DNA of 63,321 nt, the filler included, from Globobulimina sp. (lineage: Eukaryota), in the NCBI GenBank assembly GCA_003354225.1. It is 21 parts of 21 records of this genome, joined end to end, with 100 filler letters (N's around TTAATTAATTAA, not from the genome) between each part and the next. Parts side by side here need not be neighbours in the genome. Positions count along the whole stretch, not along the records: positions 36,253 to 39,172 come from PIVH01004366.1; positions 39,273 to 42,192 come from PIVH01004367.1; positions 42,293 to 45,211 come from PIVH01004368.1; positions 45,312 to 48,230 come from PIVH01004369.1; positions 48,331 to 51,249 come from PIVH01004370.1; 16 more parts are not named here. The stretch is one strand, 5' to 3'. The notes beneath the pieces were generated by a model. That model did not search any database. It had not been told where the DNA came from and saw only the letters and a list, made by a program, of their open reading frames with translations. The position numbers and the translations under genes were made by a program. Below, one piece after another: positions 36,587 through 49,129 of this stretch; position 1 is the first letter of the stretch, and the number at the start of each line of letters is the position of its first letter.

Positions 36587-39088
36587 TTATACAAAATTAG
36601 ATGTGACTTGTTTCTGTTTGTGTTTTACAACCAATGATTTAATTTTATTCAACAGCAGGTGTTTTTCACACACTTTTTGCCTTTCAATAGCATCTTTAAC
36701 TTCTTTTGATTGATCAGGAATTATTGATTTGACACTAAAATTAATTAACCACATAATTCCAACCGTGGCAAAAAAAAATGTCACAATACTCACTCTATGA
36801 TCTTTAACATAAAAGTTAGAAACATTATCCGTTCTAAACGTTAATAATCCAAAATTTGTAAATATAGCAAGGATATTAATTGTATTCATCACTTTTTTCC
36901 AAATGCCAATTCCTGCAGATGCCGCAGGATGAGGTCGTTGACAATGTACTAAATTATAAAAATCAATCCGAAGTTCAAAAAAATTATTAATAATTGCTAA
37001 TAACGGCATTATTGGAAATATCATAGCGAACAAAATAACATATCCATGAAGCACCACAATCTCCGATGTATTATCCAAAACTGGTGGGCTCTCATTTATA
37101 TTCGATTGACGCTCAATATCTATCAATATCTCTTTATTCGCTTGTTTTATTTTCTCTTTCTCCTCAAAACTTATATAGACATTTTTTTGTATATCATATT
37201 TTTCTTCATTAACTTCCAAATCTTTCATTGAATGTATATAACGACGCAAATAATTTTGCTTCTTCCTCCAATCTTTATCAAAATCGACTTTTACATCATT
37301 CAATGAATACGGAATCTGCTTTGATTTACGACCACAACAACATGCAACGATCCATTCTTTGAAAACCTTGATTTTTGGGCATAATATTTCTGTAAATTTT
37401 GGCAAACCAATTTCCAAAGTATTTTGTATAACAATTGCAGTTAGAAATAATGCGATTAACTGAATTCTAATTTTATTCAATCTGACACGATCTGACGGGA
37501 AATCTGCCCAAATCGCCAAATAAAGCAATGAATTAAACGAGTTGAGCATAGTGAATATGACCCGTTTGATCACCAAAGAATCATATTCATCACTTCGTTT
37601 TTGATGTTCTTCCCATTCCGTCAATAAATCGGATATCCTGACATATATTGCATCGAATATCTGGATCTGGACAGCATTCAACATTCCGATTAAAACAGAG
37701 TCTCTCGTATTTTGTGGAACGTGAGCTTGAATCAACCAGATACCAAACATGACACTAACCACACAAGCTATGCATAAAAGTATGGTGGAAGCAGATAGCA
37801 AAAATGTCCAATATCTCTGCGTTTTTTTCTCGACAACTTGTATCACTTCGCCATCAATATCAGATATCATAATTGTGCCTGATTTCATTGGTTTGGGTAT
37901 TTCGTTATTTTGCGTGTGTAACATTCCCCATTTATATCTCAATTGCCATTCTCGTTTATTCCAAGCTTTCATTGACAAAACTGACCAGAAAACAGTAATA
38001 AAGACATACACTAAGGATCCCAAAGGAGCGATGTTATCGGTTATTAACTGCACCACAAACCAGAATAATCCAACAATCATCATCGGAAACAACCACTTGG
38101 TATAATGCATACAAAAAGCAAAGTAAAATGCATTCGCTTCGCCATAATGCATTCCAATATCTTCAATTATTTCATGCCACATTTTAATACTTAATGTATA
38201 CCAAATTCCATGCACAGCATATTTGCTCCAAAGGGTTCTTTTTCTTTTCGTTTGGTTCTTTATTTGCGAACCAATCTTGTTTTCAAAGTTCTTTGTTGCA
38301 GAATCAATTCGATCCACACTGAAACCAAATACTTTATTGTCGTCCAACTCAATGTTGTCTGTCTTTACTGCGTTGTTGCCATTATAACACATCATAAATT
38401 TGTCATCATTTACCAATTGTAAAATATTTGCTTTTCTTGACAATACTGGACGTAGACAATTATCATCCACAGAATTCGAATCAAGCGCTGTTTTGTTGAC
38501 AGATTTTAAATCAAACTCCGAAGCACTGTAACTTTGTAATATTTTGCCGGCAAACTTTTTTTCAAATTCGTTAATAGAAACTTTTATGACGTTATCAATT
38601 TTCATATTTTCATCATTGATTTGCAGATTAACAAATATTTTTTTGTGTACGCCATATTTATCAAAATAAATTGTAATATTTGGATATATTACCGGCGATA
38701 AAGCAAAAAAAGCACATAATGGATGCTGTGATAATTTCAATGCATATTCAACATTTAAGCATGCTCCACGACGGGTTAACACATCATATAATATTCGTAA
38801 GTATTGTCTTTCTGGTATTTTATTTTCCGCATAAATATTTCCGACATGTTTACTGAATCCAATATGGATATTTTTCCATTTATTAAAAGGTATTCTATCC
38901 ACTGTTACTTGTTCATGCTGCAAATATGATAATGTTATGGTTTGCTTGTGATCCAATGAAGGGCAAAATGTTCTTGCTGCTAAATAAAATTCTTTATCAT
39001 TCCTACCTTTTTTAATGGCATTTTTTGGATCAATTAAAACATCAATTTCTAATTTCTCTGCCCAATGTACAATGTGTTCATCATCCAT
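36587..39088 (-). CDS. Anoctamin/TMEM16 family protein
   Basis: HYGEANAFYFAF, WEEHQ...YDSLVIK, GYVILFAMIFPIMPLLAIINNFFELRID, QRP...GIGIW. Confidence 0.92.
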   Translation of the reverse strand: MDDEHIVHWAEKLEIDVLIDPKNAIKKGRNDKEFYLAARTFCPSLDHKQTITLSYLQHEQVTVDRIPFNKWKNIHIGFSKHVGNIYAENKIPERQYLRILYDVLTRRGACLNVEYALKLSQHPLCAFFALSPVIYPNITIYFDKYGVHKKIFVNLQINDENMKIDNVIKVSINEFEKKFAGKILQSYSASEFDLKSVNKTALDSNSVDDNCLRPVLSRKANILQLVNDDKFMMCYNGNNAVKTDNIELDDNKVFGFSVDRIDSATKNFENKIGSQIKNQTKRKRTLWSKYAVHGIWYTLSIKMWHEIIEDIGMHYGEANAFYFAFCMHYTKWLFPMMIVGLFWFVVQLITDNIAPLGSLVYVFITVFWSVLSMKAWNKREWQLRYKWGMLHTQNNEIPKPMKSGTIMISDIDGEVIQVVEKKTQRYWTFLLSASTILLCIACVVSVMFGIWLIQAHVPQNTRDSVLIGMLNAVQIQIFDAIYVRISDLLTEWEEHQKRSDEYDSLVIKRVIFTMLNSFNSLLYLAIWADFPSDRVRLNKIRIQLIALFLTAIVIQNTLEIGLPKFTEILCPKIKVFKEWIVACCCGRKSKQIPYSLNDVKVDFDKDWRKKQNYLRRYIHSMKDLEVNEEKYDIQKNVYISFEEKEKIKQANKEILIDIERQSNINESPPVLDNTSEIVVLHGYVILFAMIFPIMPLLAIINNFFELRIDFYNLVHCQRPHPAASAGIGIWKKVMNTINILAIFTNFGLLTFRTDNVSNFYVKDHRVSIVTFFFATVGIMWLINFSVKSIIPDQSKEVKDAIERQKVCEKHLLLNKIKSLVVKHKQKQVTSNFV

Positions 39089-39272
39089 TGATATCAGAAT
39101 GTAAATATATTCATTGTCTGGCGAATAAAAAGCAATGTGTTCATATCAGATTTATCATCAAATCGTTTTTCTNNNNNNNNNNNNNNNNNNNNNNNNNNNN
39201 NNNNNNNNNNNNNNNNTTAATTAATTAANNNNNNNNNNNNNNNNNNNNNNNNNNNNNNNNNNNNNNNNNNNN

Positions 39273-40131
39273 GAATAAGTTAATATTTGCAAGTATCAAA
39301 AAGAAATTAGGCTTTGGCCGATTGCAACTGGCCATCACTGGCGCAGCTCCCATAAAAAAATCAACCACTCAATATTTTCATAGTTTGGGTATTTGTTTGA
39401 TCGAAGGTTTCGGAATGAGTGAATCCAGCGGCTTGATTTCAATGGGTTTGGAGTTTCATAATAAAATTGGATGTCAAGGCGCAGCATTGTTAGGTGTGGA
39501 TCTTCGGATTATTAAAAATGAAAATAATCAAAATGAGATTTGCGTTCGTGGCAGGAATGTTATGATGGGCTATATTAACAATGTGGAAAAAACAAAGGAT
39601 GTGTTTTGTGTGGATGGTTTTTTGAAGACCGGTGATATTGGCATGGTTGAGCAAGGTACGAATTTATTGTATGTAACGGGGAGAATCAAAGAAACAATTA
39701 TTACTGCGGGCGGGCTCAATATCGCGCCTGTTCCCATTGAGGATTTCATAAAAACTCTCTGTTCAGCAATTAGTAATTGTGTTGTTATTGGTGATAACAG
39801 GAAATATTTAACAATGTTAATTACATTGAAAACATTGGAGGAAAATGGTTGTGTTTTGGAGGGTGATGCATTTGATATTGATGTGGATTGTAAAACAGTG
39901 CAAGAGGCAAAACAATCAAAAGTGTGGGAGACATATATTGCAAATGGAATAAAAACATATAATGAAGATGTGCAGCAATGTGAATCTCGAGCACATCGGA
40001 TCCAATATTTTTCTATTATGGATCAAGAATTTACGGAGACCACTGGCGAAATGACTAGCACTTTAAAGTTAAAGCGAAATGTAATTGTGAATAAGTATAG
40101 CGATATTATTGATTCTATGTATAATAAATAG
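39273..40131 (+). CDS. Long-chain acyl-CoA synthetase (bubblegum-like), C-terminal part
   Basis: TGAAP, EGFGMSESSG, EICVRGRNVMMGY, GFLKTGDIG, TGRIKETIITAGG, TLKLKR. Confidence 0.92.
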
Positions 40132-40225
40132 TTTTGATATTATTGATTCTATATAGCGACATTATTAAATTAATTTAAACAACGGTTTTGCGTTGGAAAA
40201 CTGTGTTGTCTTTTTATATAATTAA

Positions 40226-41578
40226 ATGGATGCTAAAAAAACTAAAAGCTCAGTAATCGAGAGAAGTGAATTAGATTCAATTTGCTTTGAACAGCGTAAA
40301 TTATTTGATGGCTATCTTGGGCATGAAGTGACTTCTATGGATGTTCGGATCGATGTTCCAATGGATTTGATAAATTTATGTTATACATTTTTTGAATTAA
40401 ATGTTTTTTTATTGTGTGAGTGCTCAGATAACGAAGGAATTGATGTTAATATATTGCATAAGTTAGCAGGTTCTTTGTATGATTCGTATGAATTTTATAT
40501 ATCCTATTTAATATTAGAGAAATTGACATGTTTTTATGATTCAAATATTCCAAAATATCATAATTTGAAAGCAATGTGCTTACAAGATTGGGGCTCAGGT
40601 TCATCATCGAACGGATCATCAACTGAATCATCGGCAGAGTACGAGTTTGAGATTGCGATATCATTGAAACCGCATAGTCATATTTACAAATGGAATTATG
40701 GCATTTTATTAATTGACAAAGAGAAATACAAACAAGCACTTAAACAATTTGTTGCGGCGAGCAATTTAGATCCAAATGAAGCTGAATATTTTAAGAAAAT
40801 TGCATTATGTTATCAACAATTAAAAGATTATAAAAATGCTAAAAAACATTATTTAAAATGCATTGAGTTAAAAAAAGATATAAGTAAATATTATTTGATT
40901 TACGCGCGTTATCTTCATGAAGAAATTGAAAATTATATTGAAAGTGAGAAATTTTATAATTTAGCTATAGAAATAGAAGAAAATAATAGAAATAATGTGA
41001 ACATTGTTGGTGATTATTATATTGAATATGCAGAATTGCTTAAAAAATTGAAAAAATATGGCGAAATAAGTACCATCTATGAAAAATGTATAGAGATCGA
41101 CGAGAATGATAATGCAAAATATTATTATTTGTTTGCCCGCCTATTTCGTGACGATTATAAAAATTATAGCAAATCAGAGGTTTATTATAAAAAATGTTTA
41201 GATGAAAATCCAAATTATGATGGCTTGAATGGATCGTATGGCCATTTATTATATTTAATGGGGAAATGGGAGGAATCTAAACATTATTTACAAATTGCCT
41301 GCAAATTGGATGAGAAGAATATTTGGACCTATTATTATTATGGATTGTTAATGAAACAATTAAACTGCAACGACGAAGCAAAGAAATCATTACAAAAATC
41401 ACTAAATATGTTTAAAATAAATTGTCAAAATAATTATAAAAATGCAAATATATTACAAGAAAATATGAAGCCACATTTAACCAAAACTAAAGAAGTTGAT
41501 GCTAAAAATATTGATTTTCATGTACAATTTGAAAATCTAATCAATGAATATGTTGAATCATTACGTATTAAAATTTAA
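40226..41578 (+). CDS. TPR repeat protein with N-terminal header motif
   Basis: Multiple TPRs (YKQALKQFVAASNLDP, AKKHYLKCIEL, SEVYYKKCLDENP). Confidence 0.85.
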   Translation: MDAKKTKSSVIERSELDSICFEQRKLFDGYLGHEVTSMDVRIDVPMDLINLCYTFFELNVFLLCECSDNEGIDVNILHKLAGSLYDSYEFYISYLILEKLTCFYDSNIPKYHNLKAMCLQDWGSGSSSNGSSTESSAEYEFEIAISLKPHSHIYKWNYGILLIDKEKYKQALKQFVAASNLDPNEAEYFKKIALCYQQLKDYKNAKKHYLKCIELKKDISKYYLIYARYLHEEIENYIESEKFYNLAIEIEENNRNNVNIVGDYYIEYAELLKKLKKYGEISTIYEKCIEIDENDNAKYYYLFARLFRDDYKNYSKSEVYYKKCLDENPNYDGLNGSYGHLLYLMGKWEESKHYLQIACKLDEKNIWTYYYYGLLMKQLNCNDEAKKSLQKSLNMFKINCQNNYKNANILQENMKPHLTKTKEVDAKNIDFHVQFENLINEYVESLRIKI

Positions 41579-41744
41579 AAAAGATTTCAATTTCTTTTTA
41601 ATAATTTAATGTAATAAATGTGTTAATTCTTATCATCTGTTATTATTATAAGTATTATATATTTTGTGTTGTGTTTCCATTGTTTTTATATGAGTTAAAA
41701 GTTTATTATCCTTGCACTGTCATCAAAAAAATCAAAAGTGACTC

Positions 41745-42192
41745 ATGCATGCTTTCAAAAGAGCAAACGTATGCAGACGTTTATTGCATAGACAGCAAGG
41801 ATGGATTCAGCTGAACTATGTGTTAAACAATAACTTTTGTCAGACGCGTGCGGCTGATATGGAGGGTGATACTGAGGAGAATTGTTTATATTTAGAATTG
41901 GATGACAACAAACATATATTGGTAATGGGTGTATTTCATCATTGTTATACAGCAACATTGGTGGTTCAAAATGCAATAAATACACTAAAACCAGATACAG
42001 TATTTCTAGAATTATGTCCATGGCGAGGATTAAAATTAGAAAAGATCCAACACGCATACTGCAAAGCGTATCATTATTCACCTCGCGACGTCGAAGCAGC
42101 GGCAATATTCACAGCCACAAAATTGAATTCAAATATAATTTATGGGGATGTTCCAGAACAAGTAATTAAAGCTGAATTGCGAAAACACGATG
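41745..42192 (+). CDS. TraB-domain protein (TRABD-like), N-terminal fragment
   Basis: LVMGVFH, LKPDTVFLELCPWR, IIYGDVP; basic transit-peptide-like N-terminus. Confidence 0.75.
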
Positions 42193-42292
42193 NNNNNNNN
42201 NNNNNNNNNNNNNNNNNNNNNNNNNNNNNNNNNNNNTTAATTAATTAANNNNNNNNNNNNNNNNNNNNNNNNNNNNNNNNNNNNNNNNNNNN

Positions 42293-45211
42293 GATATTTT
42301 GCAATTTTTAATTAATAAATCATTTGAAAGTACGCGCACATTTATTAATAATTTATTGTCAAACAATGACAAAGATAAAGAAGGCGCTTATTCGGTGACC
42401 AATAATGGTGATTTACAGATATTGTTAGTATTTCATCATAAAATATTATGGAAAACGTTTGATTGTTTATCCAATGAAAATGACAAATATTTAACTACAT
42501 TTATTCAATATATTGAATATATATTCATACAAACCAGAGAGTTATTGAATACTATCGATGGTTTAATGCAAAATAAAAAATTTACAGTGCATAAATTGCA
42601 ACAATTAAGTAAAATATTAAGCGAATCGCCAATCAAAACATTAATACCATCCATAATCTCCTTTCTGTCCTCACCAAATATGATTGCAATAAGTTGGAAA
42701 ATATTTAATGGAGAAACGCGCGACGTCGACGCAACGAATAGAATATGTAACCTCACCTTAAATGAATTAATATTAATATTTGACAAATTTATACAATTTT
42801 GTGGCATTGACACTGGGAACTTATTATTATTGTCGCCCAATGTAAGGAATAGGTGTAATACCTATCCAATGGTATTAAACTCTGAACATCCATGGAAATG
42901 TATGCAAAACAAATGGTATGTGATACAAGATGCACATTTAAATAGTTTGTATTTGACCTTTCATCCCAATTCATCCACACCGAATGCTGACGGTGAGCTG
43001 CGGATTGGTTTACAGCAACACCACGTTGCCTCCATTCCGCGTACTGCGTTAGATATATATTTAAGGGGCGAATATGGCGCATGGCCTATTCTGCCGATTG
43101 AAATACCAGCGGATAGATTATATTTGCGGTGGTATAATACAGATACACCGTCCTTCAAACCATATGTTGATTTAGTAAATAAATATTTTGCGGATAGCAA
43201 TAAAGATAAAATTAATGGTAACAACAATTATAATATGTGGGGGTTTCGAATGGAATCATATGGTTTGTTAAAATCATCACGGAGTATATATAAACAATAT
43301 GATGCCAATGCATTGCATAAATATGGATTTAAGCCGAATTCGTTACCCTTTTTAGTGGATATTCAAACACAAATTATTTCATTAGCAAAAGCATTGAGTT
43401 TTCATTATATTTTATCGCACCGAAATCACCGAAACAGAAATAGAAACCGATCCATTCCCATCAAATTATTCTCGTCCAAAATATTTAAATCTGGCTGGGA
43501 TGGCAAAACCATTCAAATTACTGATAACATCAAAGTTATTCGCATGGAATCAAAGAAAACAAAATTGGACAAAGAAGAGAATGATAACAAAGATGACGAG
43601 GACAATAAAGAGGATATAAAAGAAAATAAAGAGACCGATGTTGTCGATGATGAAAAGGAAGAAGTTAAAGTATATGAAATTGATTACGATGACCCATCTA
43701 AAACAACTGCACGTAATTTATATTCTAATCCAATTACATTAGCATCAAATAAGTACGCTGTGGCATTATGGTCGTCGGTTTCGCAAAATTTAATGATACC
43801 AAAATCGTTCAAAGCTATGATCGAAGAGTTACGATTACCAGTCTTATCCTCATTGATTCGTCATTTACCATTAAAACAACAATGTTTATTTATCCAAGAA
43901 AAAATAAATAAATCCGACGAGGATATGGAAGTTATAAAAAATGTATTTATGATCGGCAATAATATCCTTCGCTGGGTGTTAGATAATTTAATGAATGAAA
44001 AGAAAGCATTTCAACAAATCGAAAAGATATACAACTTATGTGTACAGGATATGGAGTTACAACAACAAATCGTGGATATAGGAGATGAACAAAAGGAACA
44101 AACAGAAAAAGAGCAAAAAAGTCAGCAAAAAGAGCAAAAGGAATCTCCAGAACCACTGCCAGTTTCTGATGAAAAGACTGCGGAAAAGAAAGAGGACGAT
44201 GATGCGAATAAAGAAGAGGAGGAAACCGCAGATCCGGCATTAGAGAAATTGGAGAAGGAATTAAAAAAAGTATTTGCCAAAGCAGATAAAATCCAACAAG
44301 ACTTAAAATGTGAAATCAAGAAAGCCTGCAAACGCATTCAACCGTTTTTGCATAAATATTTCAGTATTTATTGTGAAGGAAATGGAGTGCGATTTGGTTT
44401 TAATAGATCCAATTTAATCTCATATAATAAATTTGAATTACATGACATCTCTCAACATTTAAATATGTGGATCACAAAATGTTTGCAAAGTTTATTGGAT
44501 CATACACCAGATTTAAATATTTGTTTGAATAATTTCATTCGCTCATTTACGAATAGAATAGAAATTATATTACAAATGTCGTTCAATGCCGAGTTATCAC
44601 TGAAAACAATTCAACATTTCCTATGTTGTGATTATTATTTTTCATATTGTGACAATCCCATCTTTGAAATAAATAATATTGTCCTGCAACGGCAAAATGA
44701 ATGTGCACAGAGAGTGAAAGCAATTGAATATTTATTACAATTAATTGATTGTTCATTGCAATGCAACTCAACCTATCAATTGGCGTTAACTGTCAATATC
44801 CCACCTTCCCCATTGAAGCGCTGGTGTTATACGCATGGTTTACAAGGCGTGCAATTTGCATATATTCGAGAATTAAAGCAAATATTTGCTGAATGGTTAT
44901 CGAAAATGTTATCCATTGGGGACAATTTAAATCAATTTACCACAGAAAAAGTAACTGCACAGCACGCGTATCGACAAAAACTAATTAAAATAAAATCACC
45001 CAAAAAAAGCAGCAAATCTAAAGAGAAAAAAGAAGAAAAAAAGGAGGAGGATGATATAAATGAGGATGAAGAAAAGAAAATCATTAAAAAGAAAAAAATA
45101 GTACGATCACCACCGAAGACACCAAAAGCATTCGGTCAAGAAATAATTAATATGTCCAATGAGCAATTTTTAGATATTTATCAAATTGTTTTAGAGAACA
45201 TATCCTCTGCA
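42293..45211 (+). CDS. Internal fragment of a very large protein with a ZZEF1/HECTD4-type CUB-like domain
   Basis: ORF spans the whole contig; SEHPW...LTFHPNSST...WP...IPADRL...WGFRM pattern. Confidence 0.5.
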
Positions 45212-45442
45212 NNNNNNNNNNNNNNNNNNNNNNNNNNNNNNNNNNNNNNNNNNNNTTAATTAATTAANNNNNNNNNNNNNNNNNNNNNNNNNNNNNNNNN
45301 NNNNNNNNNNNAAAAGCAATAAAAAACTTTTTCAATATATATATATTTGTATACAGTACCTGTTAAATCCCAGCAGTAAAAATGGCCAAATAATACGAAG
45401 ATAAATAATATAATTCCATGAAAGATGCAAATGTTTGATGTA

Positions 45443-45915
45443 TCACTGTCTTGATTTACAGCTAGGTTGTTCTTCTTGCGCTTCTTCTTCCTCTTCTTCT
45501 GCTGATTTATCATACGCCGTATCATCACTTTTTTTCTTCGATAGAAGCGAACCCGTTTCAAACGAGTTTTTATCATTTTCTGATGATTCGGATCGATATA
45601 ACATATTTTGTTTCTTCCCCATTTCACTCACCGCGCGCATAAGCATTTCTCTTCCTTTTACTTTGGGGGATTTCTGGTGTGCTAAAAAATGTAATGCCGC
45701 CCCTAATAATGATACCATAGAATAATTGATGGTAAACTGCAAAAACGATGCACCAGCAGCAGCAGGTATGTAGAACGTAAAACATATTCCTCGAAAAATT
45801 GAGGATGCCATCATGGATCGATAATTGGCTGCTTTACCATTAGATTTGCAATATGCTACAACCATAATTGCAATAAATATTACAATCAATATGCAAAGCG
45901 TGCGGTAACGCTACA
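45443..45915 (-). CDS. Membrane protein C-terminal exon
   Basis: Hydrophobic segments and an acidic tail (SLL motif); no family recognised. Confidence 0.4.
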
Positions 45916-46903
45916 ACTGCCATGATATAAGGAAAATGAGAGAATGAAAGTGATTTTTTAGAGAAGCAATATAAAAATGTCAATATTGATGGGAAAAATA
46001 AAAATTATTTGCAAATATGTGATCAATACATATCGTATATGGTCAAGAATATGAACTTAATGGAAGAGTACATCCAATGAGAAAGTTACTGGATTCATTC
46101 AGAATGTTTATGGTCAAAAAATACGGGGTTCATTTAAAAATATTCGCATCAAATAAGATATCAACCTCGCAATGCATATCATTACCAATTAATGAACAAA
46201 GAAAAGTAGTTCGAGTCTCCACTCATTTAGTTGTTAAACAAAATCACAATTCAAACAACAGTAATTACAGTATTACCACTCCGCAATTAATTGTATCTTC
46301 ATTCCCAATCAATTTAACATCGAATCAATTTGTAAAAGCAAAACAATGCCAAGATATTTGTGTTAAACATTCACCAAAACAATGCATTTGTGTCAAACAT
46401 TCACAAAACAAATCAAATCATATCATTTATTCCATAAATAATATGCATTTAATTAGTGGTAATAATAAATATTTTAATTCCATTGGCTCTCGCCTTAAAT
46501 TTCACAAATTTAATATTTTTAATCAACAATTAACAGTGACATCTGGCAAAAACATGGAATATAAATTTTCATTGACTCCAACAACGACTAACACAAAAAA
46601 TGGGACATTTTTCTTTGGTGGTCATTCATCGGAACATTTATTATTAAATGCAATTCAATCAAATAAATACCACCAAACTCATCCAATTATTCATGTTTAT
46701 CTTTCTTCATTCAAACAAAACCACTCGTTCTCGTACTGAGTATATGGAGTGAAGGAGGCATAAATATCATTGACAGTTGTGTCAAAAATGAAGATTTATG
46801 GATTTGGAATCCACAGTCATAAATGAACTCATTACTACTGCTTTAAAAAATAAAATACTAAAAAAAAACAGTTAATAGTTGCTTGCTTGTTAATTTACAT
46901 CAG

Positions 46904-47460
46904 GAATGAGATATGAAGCAGAATTCGCGACATTAGAAGGAGCTGCTATTACTGCAGTCTGTTCCACAACATCAGGTGAAAAACAAGTGGACAAAATTGG
47001 TAGATATGCAGATGAAGCAGGTGCATTGACTTTTGATGTTAATGTGTGTATTGACTACATGTCAAAAAAGTGCGAGGAGTTGTGATATTACAATAAATGC
47101 AATTGCCAATACAAAACAAAGTGATCTAGGAGTAATTTACAGCTCCACTAAACGGAAGGAAAATAGGTTAATAATAAAATGTTAATGGTTTCCGATGAAA
47201 CACAACCTTTAACAATTCAATTTTGACTTTCAATGTTTTTATTTTGAATAATCTGTAAAAAACTGTAAATTCAAAGCTAGAGTTTACAGTAAAAACAGTA
47301 ATTTCAAACGGAAAAGCAAAAAGTTAAATGTTACCTTTAACATTTTATTATTAACCTATTTTCCTTCCCACTAAACTCAAATTGATGAAAACAAAGCAAA
47401 TGACAACATAGTTACGATATACCATAAGCCTGGAATCGAATCTCAGACCTGATTGAATTT
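46904..47460 (+). pseudogene. Degenerate CBM35/CBM6-like carbohydrate-binding module interrupted by a MITE
   Basis: RYEAEFATLEGAAITAVCSTTSGEKQVDKIG...GALTFDVNV; the downstream remnant NIVTIYH has frameshifts. Confidence 0.5.
47154..47368. mobile_element. 215-bp non-autonomous DNA transposon (MITE), 32-bp TIR, 8-bp TSD
   Basis: TIR GGAAGGAAAATAGGTTAATAATAAAATGTTAA is perfectly inverted at both ends. CACTAAAC is duplicated at 47146-47153 and 47369-47376. Confidence 0.9.
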
Positions 47461-48131
47461 TAACTTACTACTACTTCTGACGATAACCCCCAAGGTTTTG
47501 CTAATTTACTTTGATGAAAACTGATAAATGACAGAAAGTTTGGACTTTGTACCGTTTCGAAAACTGTACGTCATAAAAAAAATAGTAATTGTTTTCGTGT
47601 TTTCAAGTAATTGCTGACTATTATTCTTTTGATATGTTTTGTGTAAAATGAAAAGTTGTATTTAATATGAATTGAAGGTAATAGATATAAAAGGAGAGGT
47701 TTTTTTATCTCTCATCAAAATAAATTTACATTGTTTTGAACACACAAACATATTCCGCCAATATACAAGAACTGACGAATATCATTATCACCATAATCGG
47801 TACAGCAATTGGATGATCTCGTTTCAACGTTATCGTTGTGCTTTCTTCTCCAGGCATACTCTTTGCACTCACTTGGGGATTGAATATGATGTTATATTCT
47901 GTGATGGGAGTCGATAATACGATGGATACAAACGGTAATTGTTTATATTCCTTTGAAAATTCAATGTTAACTTGTACGGACGTTGAACCATATGGTGTTT
48001 GGGTGTATGTAATGGTGTTGTTAAATTGAGAGGGTTTTTTTCTTGATTCTGGGAATAACCAATACAATGCACACACAGTCGGACTCAATGCATTAGAAAG
48101 AGGAACAATCACAGAAAGTATGATCTTTGAG

Positions 48132-48230
48132 TGAGATATGAAGCAGAATTCGCGACATTAGAAGGAGCTGCTATTACTGCAGTCTGTTCCACAACATCAG
48201 GTGAAAAACAAGTGGACAAAATTGGTAGAT
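48132..48230 (+). repeat. Exact 99-bp direct duplicate of 46907-47005
   Basis: Identical sequence TGAGATATGAAGCAGAA...AATTGGTAGAT; ends at the contig break. Confidence 0.9.
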
Positions 48231-49129
48231 NNNNNNNNNNNNNNNNNNNNNNNNNNNNNNNNNNNNNNNNNNNNTTAATTAATTAANNNNNNNNNNNNNN
48301 NNNNNNNNNNNNNNNNNNNNNNNNNNNNNNTATGCAACCATACCTTGCTATGCTTGGTATATTAACAATGTTAACCAACAATTTTCACAATTTTTTTTTT
48401 TTTTTTTTTCAAAACGTTAAGAAATCAATTTAAGATTTCACCCATTTTTACAGACAAAAATGAGGGCCTTATGCAGGAATTCGCATCCTGTTATCAAAGC
48501 TCAAAAAAGATACTAAAAGTCTGCCTCTGCCTTGATTTATAAAATCACTGCGGAGGTAGATAGAAAAAACAAATTTTCTCATTCAATACACACAAAAATA
48601 AAACTAAAAATAACGAGATCGAGAAAAAACAGAAGACAACAAAAAAAACAAAAGTCTGGTGATAAGCTAAGGCTACCACGACCGTTTGATGCGTCTCTGC
48701 TTAATACACTCGACCATATTGTATAAGTTGGTTATCATTGATTTGATTTGATTTAAAATTGTTTGAATTCGATTAAAATCACTTTAAATAACTTGTTTAA
48801 ATAATAATAATTGTAAACATTTTAAAAACATGATTATTAATTATAAACATTTTGATGCAAATCTAAAATAGTTTCAGTGTGCGAATTTGCGTATATTTGC
48901 GTACACAATTTTGGATTAAATTGGATTTAAATTAGTTGGAATCGGATTAAAATCAGTTTAATAAATACATTATAAATACAATTTGCGGATTTGCGGATTT
49001 GCGGATTTGCGTATTCAATAATAATAATTATATACTGCGTTATTACACCACTTTATAACCATACAAGACAATCAATTCCCCAGCTCCACCTAAACTATTT
49101 TCATTCACCACACGTAAAAATAACGGCAT

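Noticed and set aside
46077-46739. 220-aa ORF as a defined gene
   Set aside because: No recognisable domain, the upstream frame is broken and the contig looks rearranged; cannot be supported beyond an open frame.
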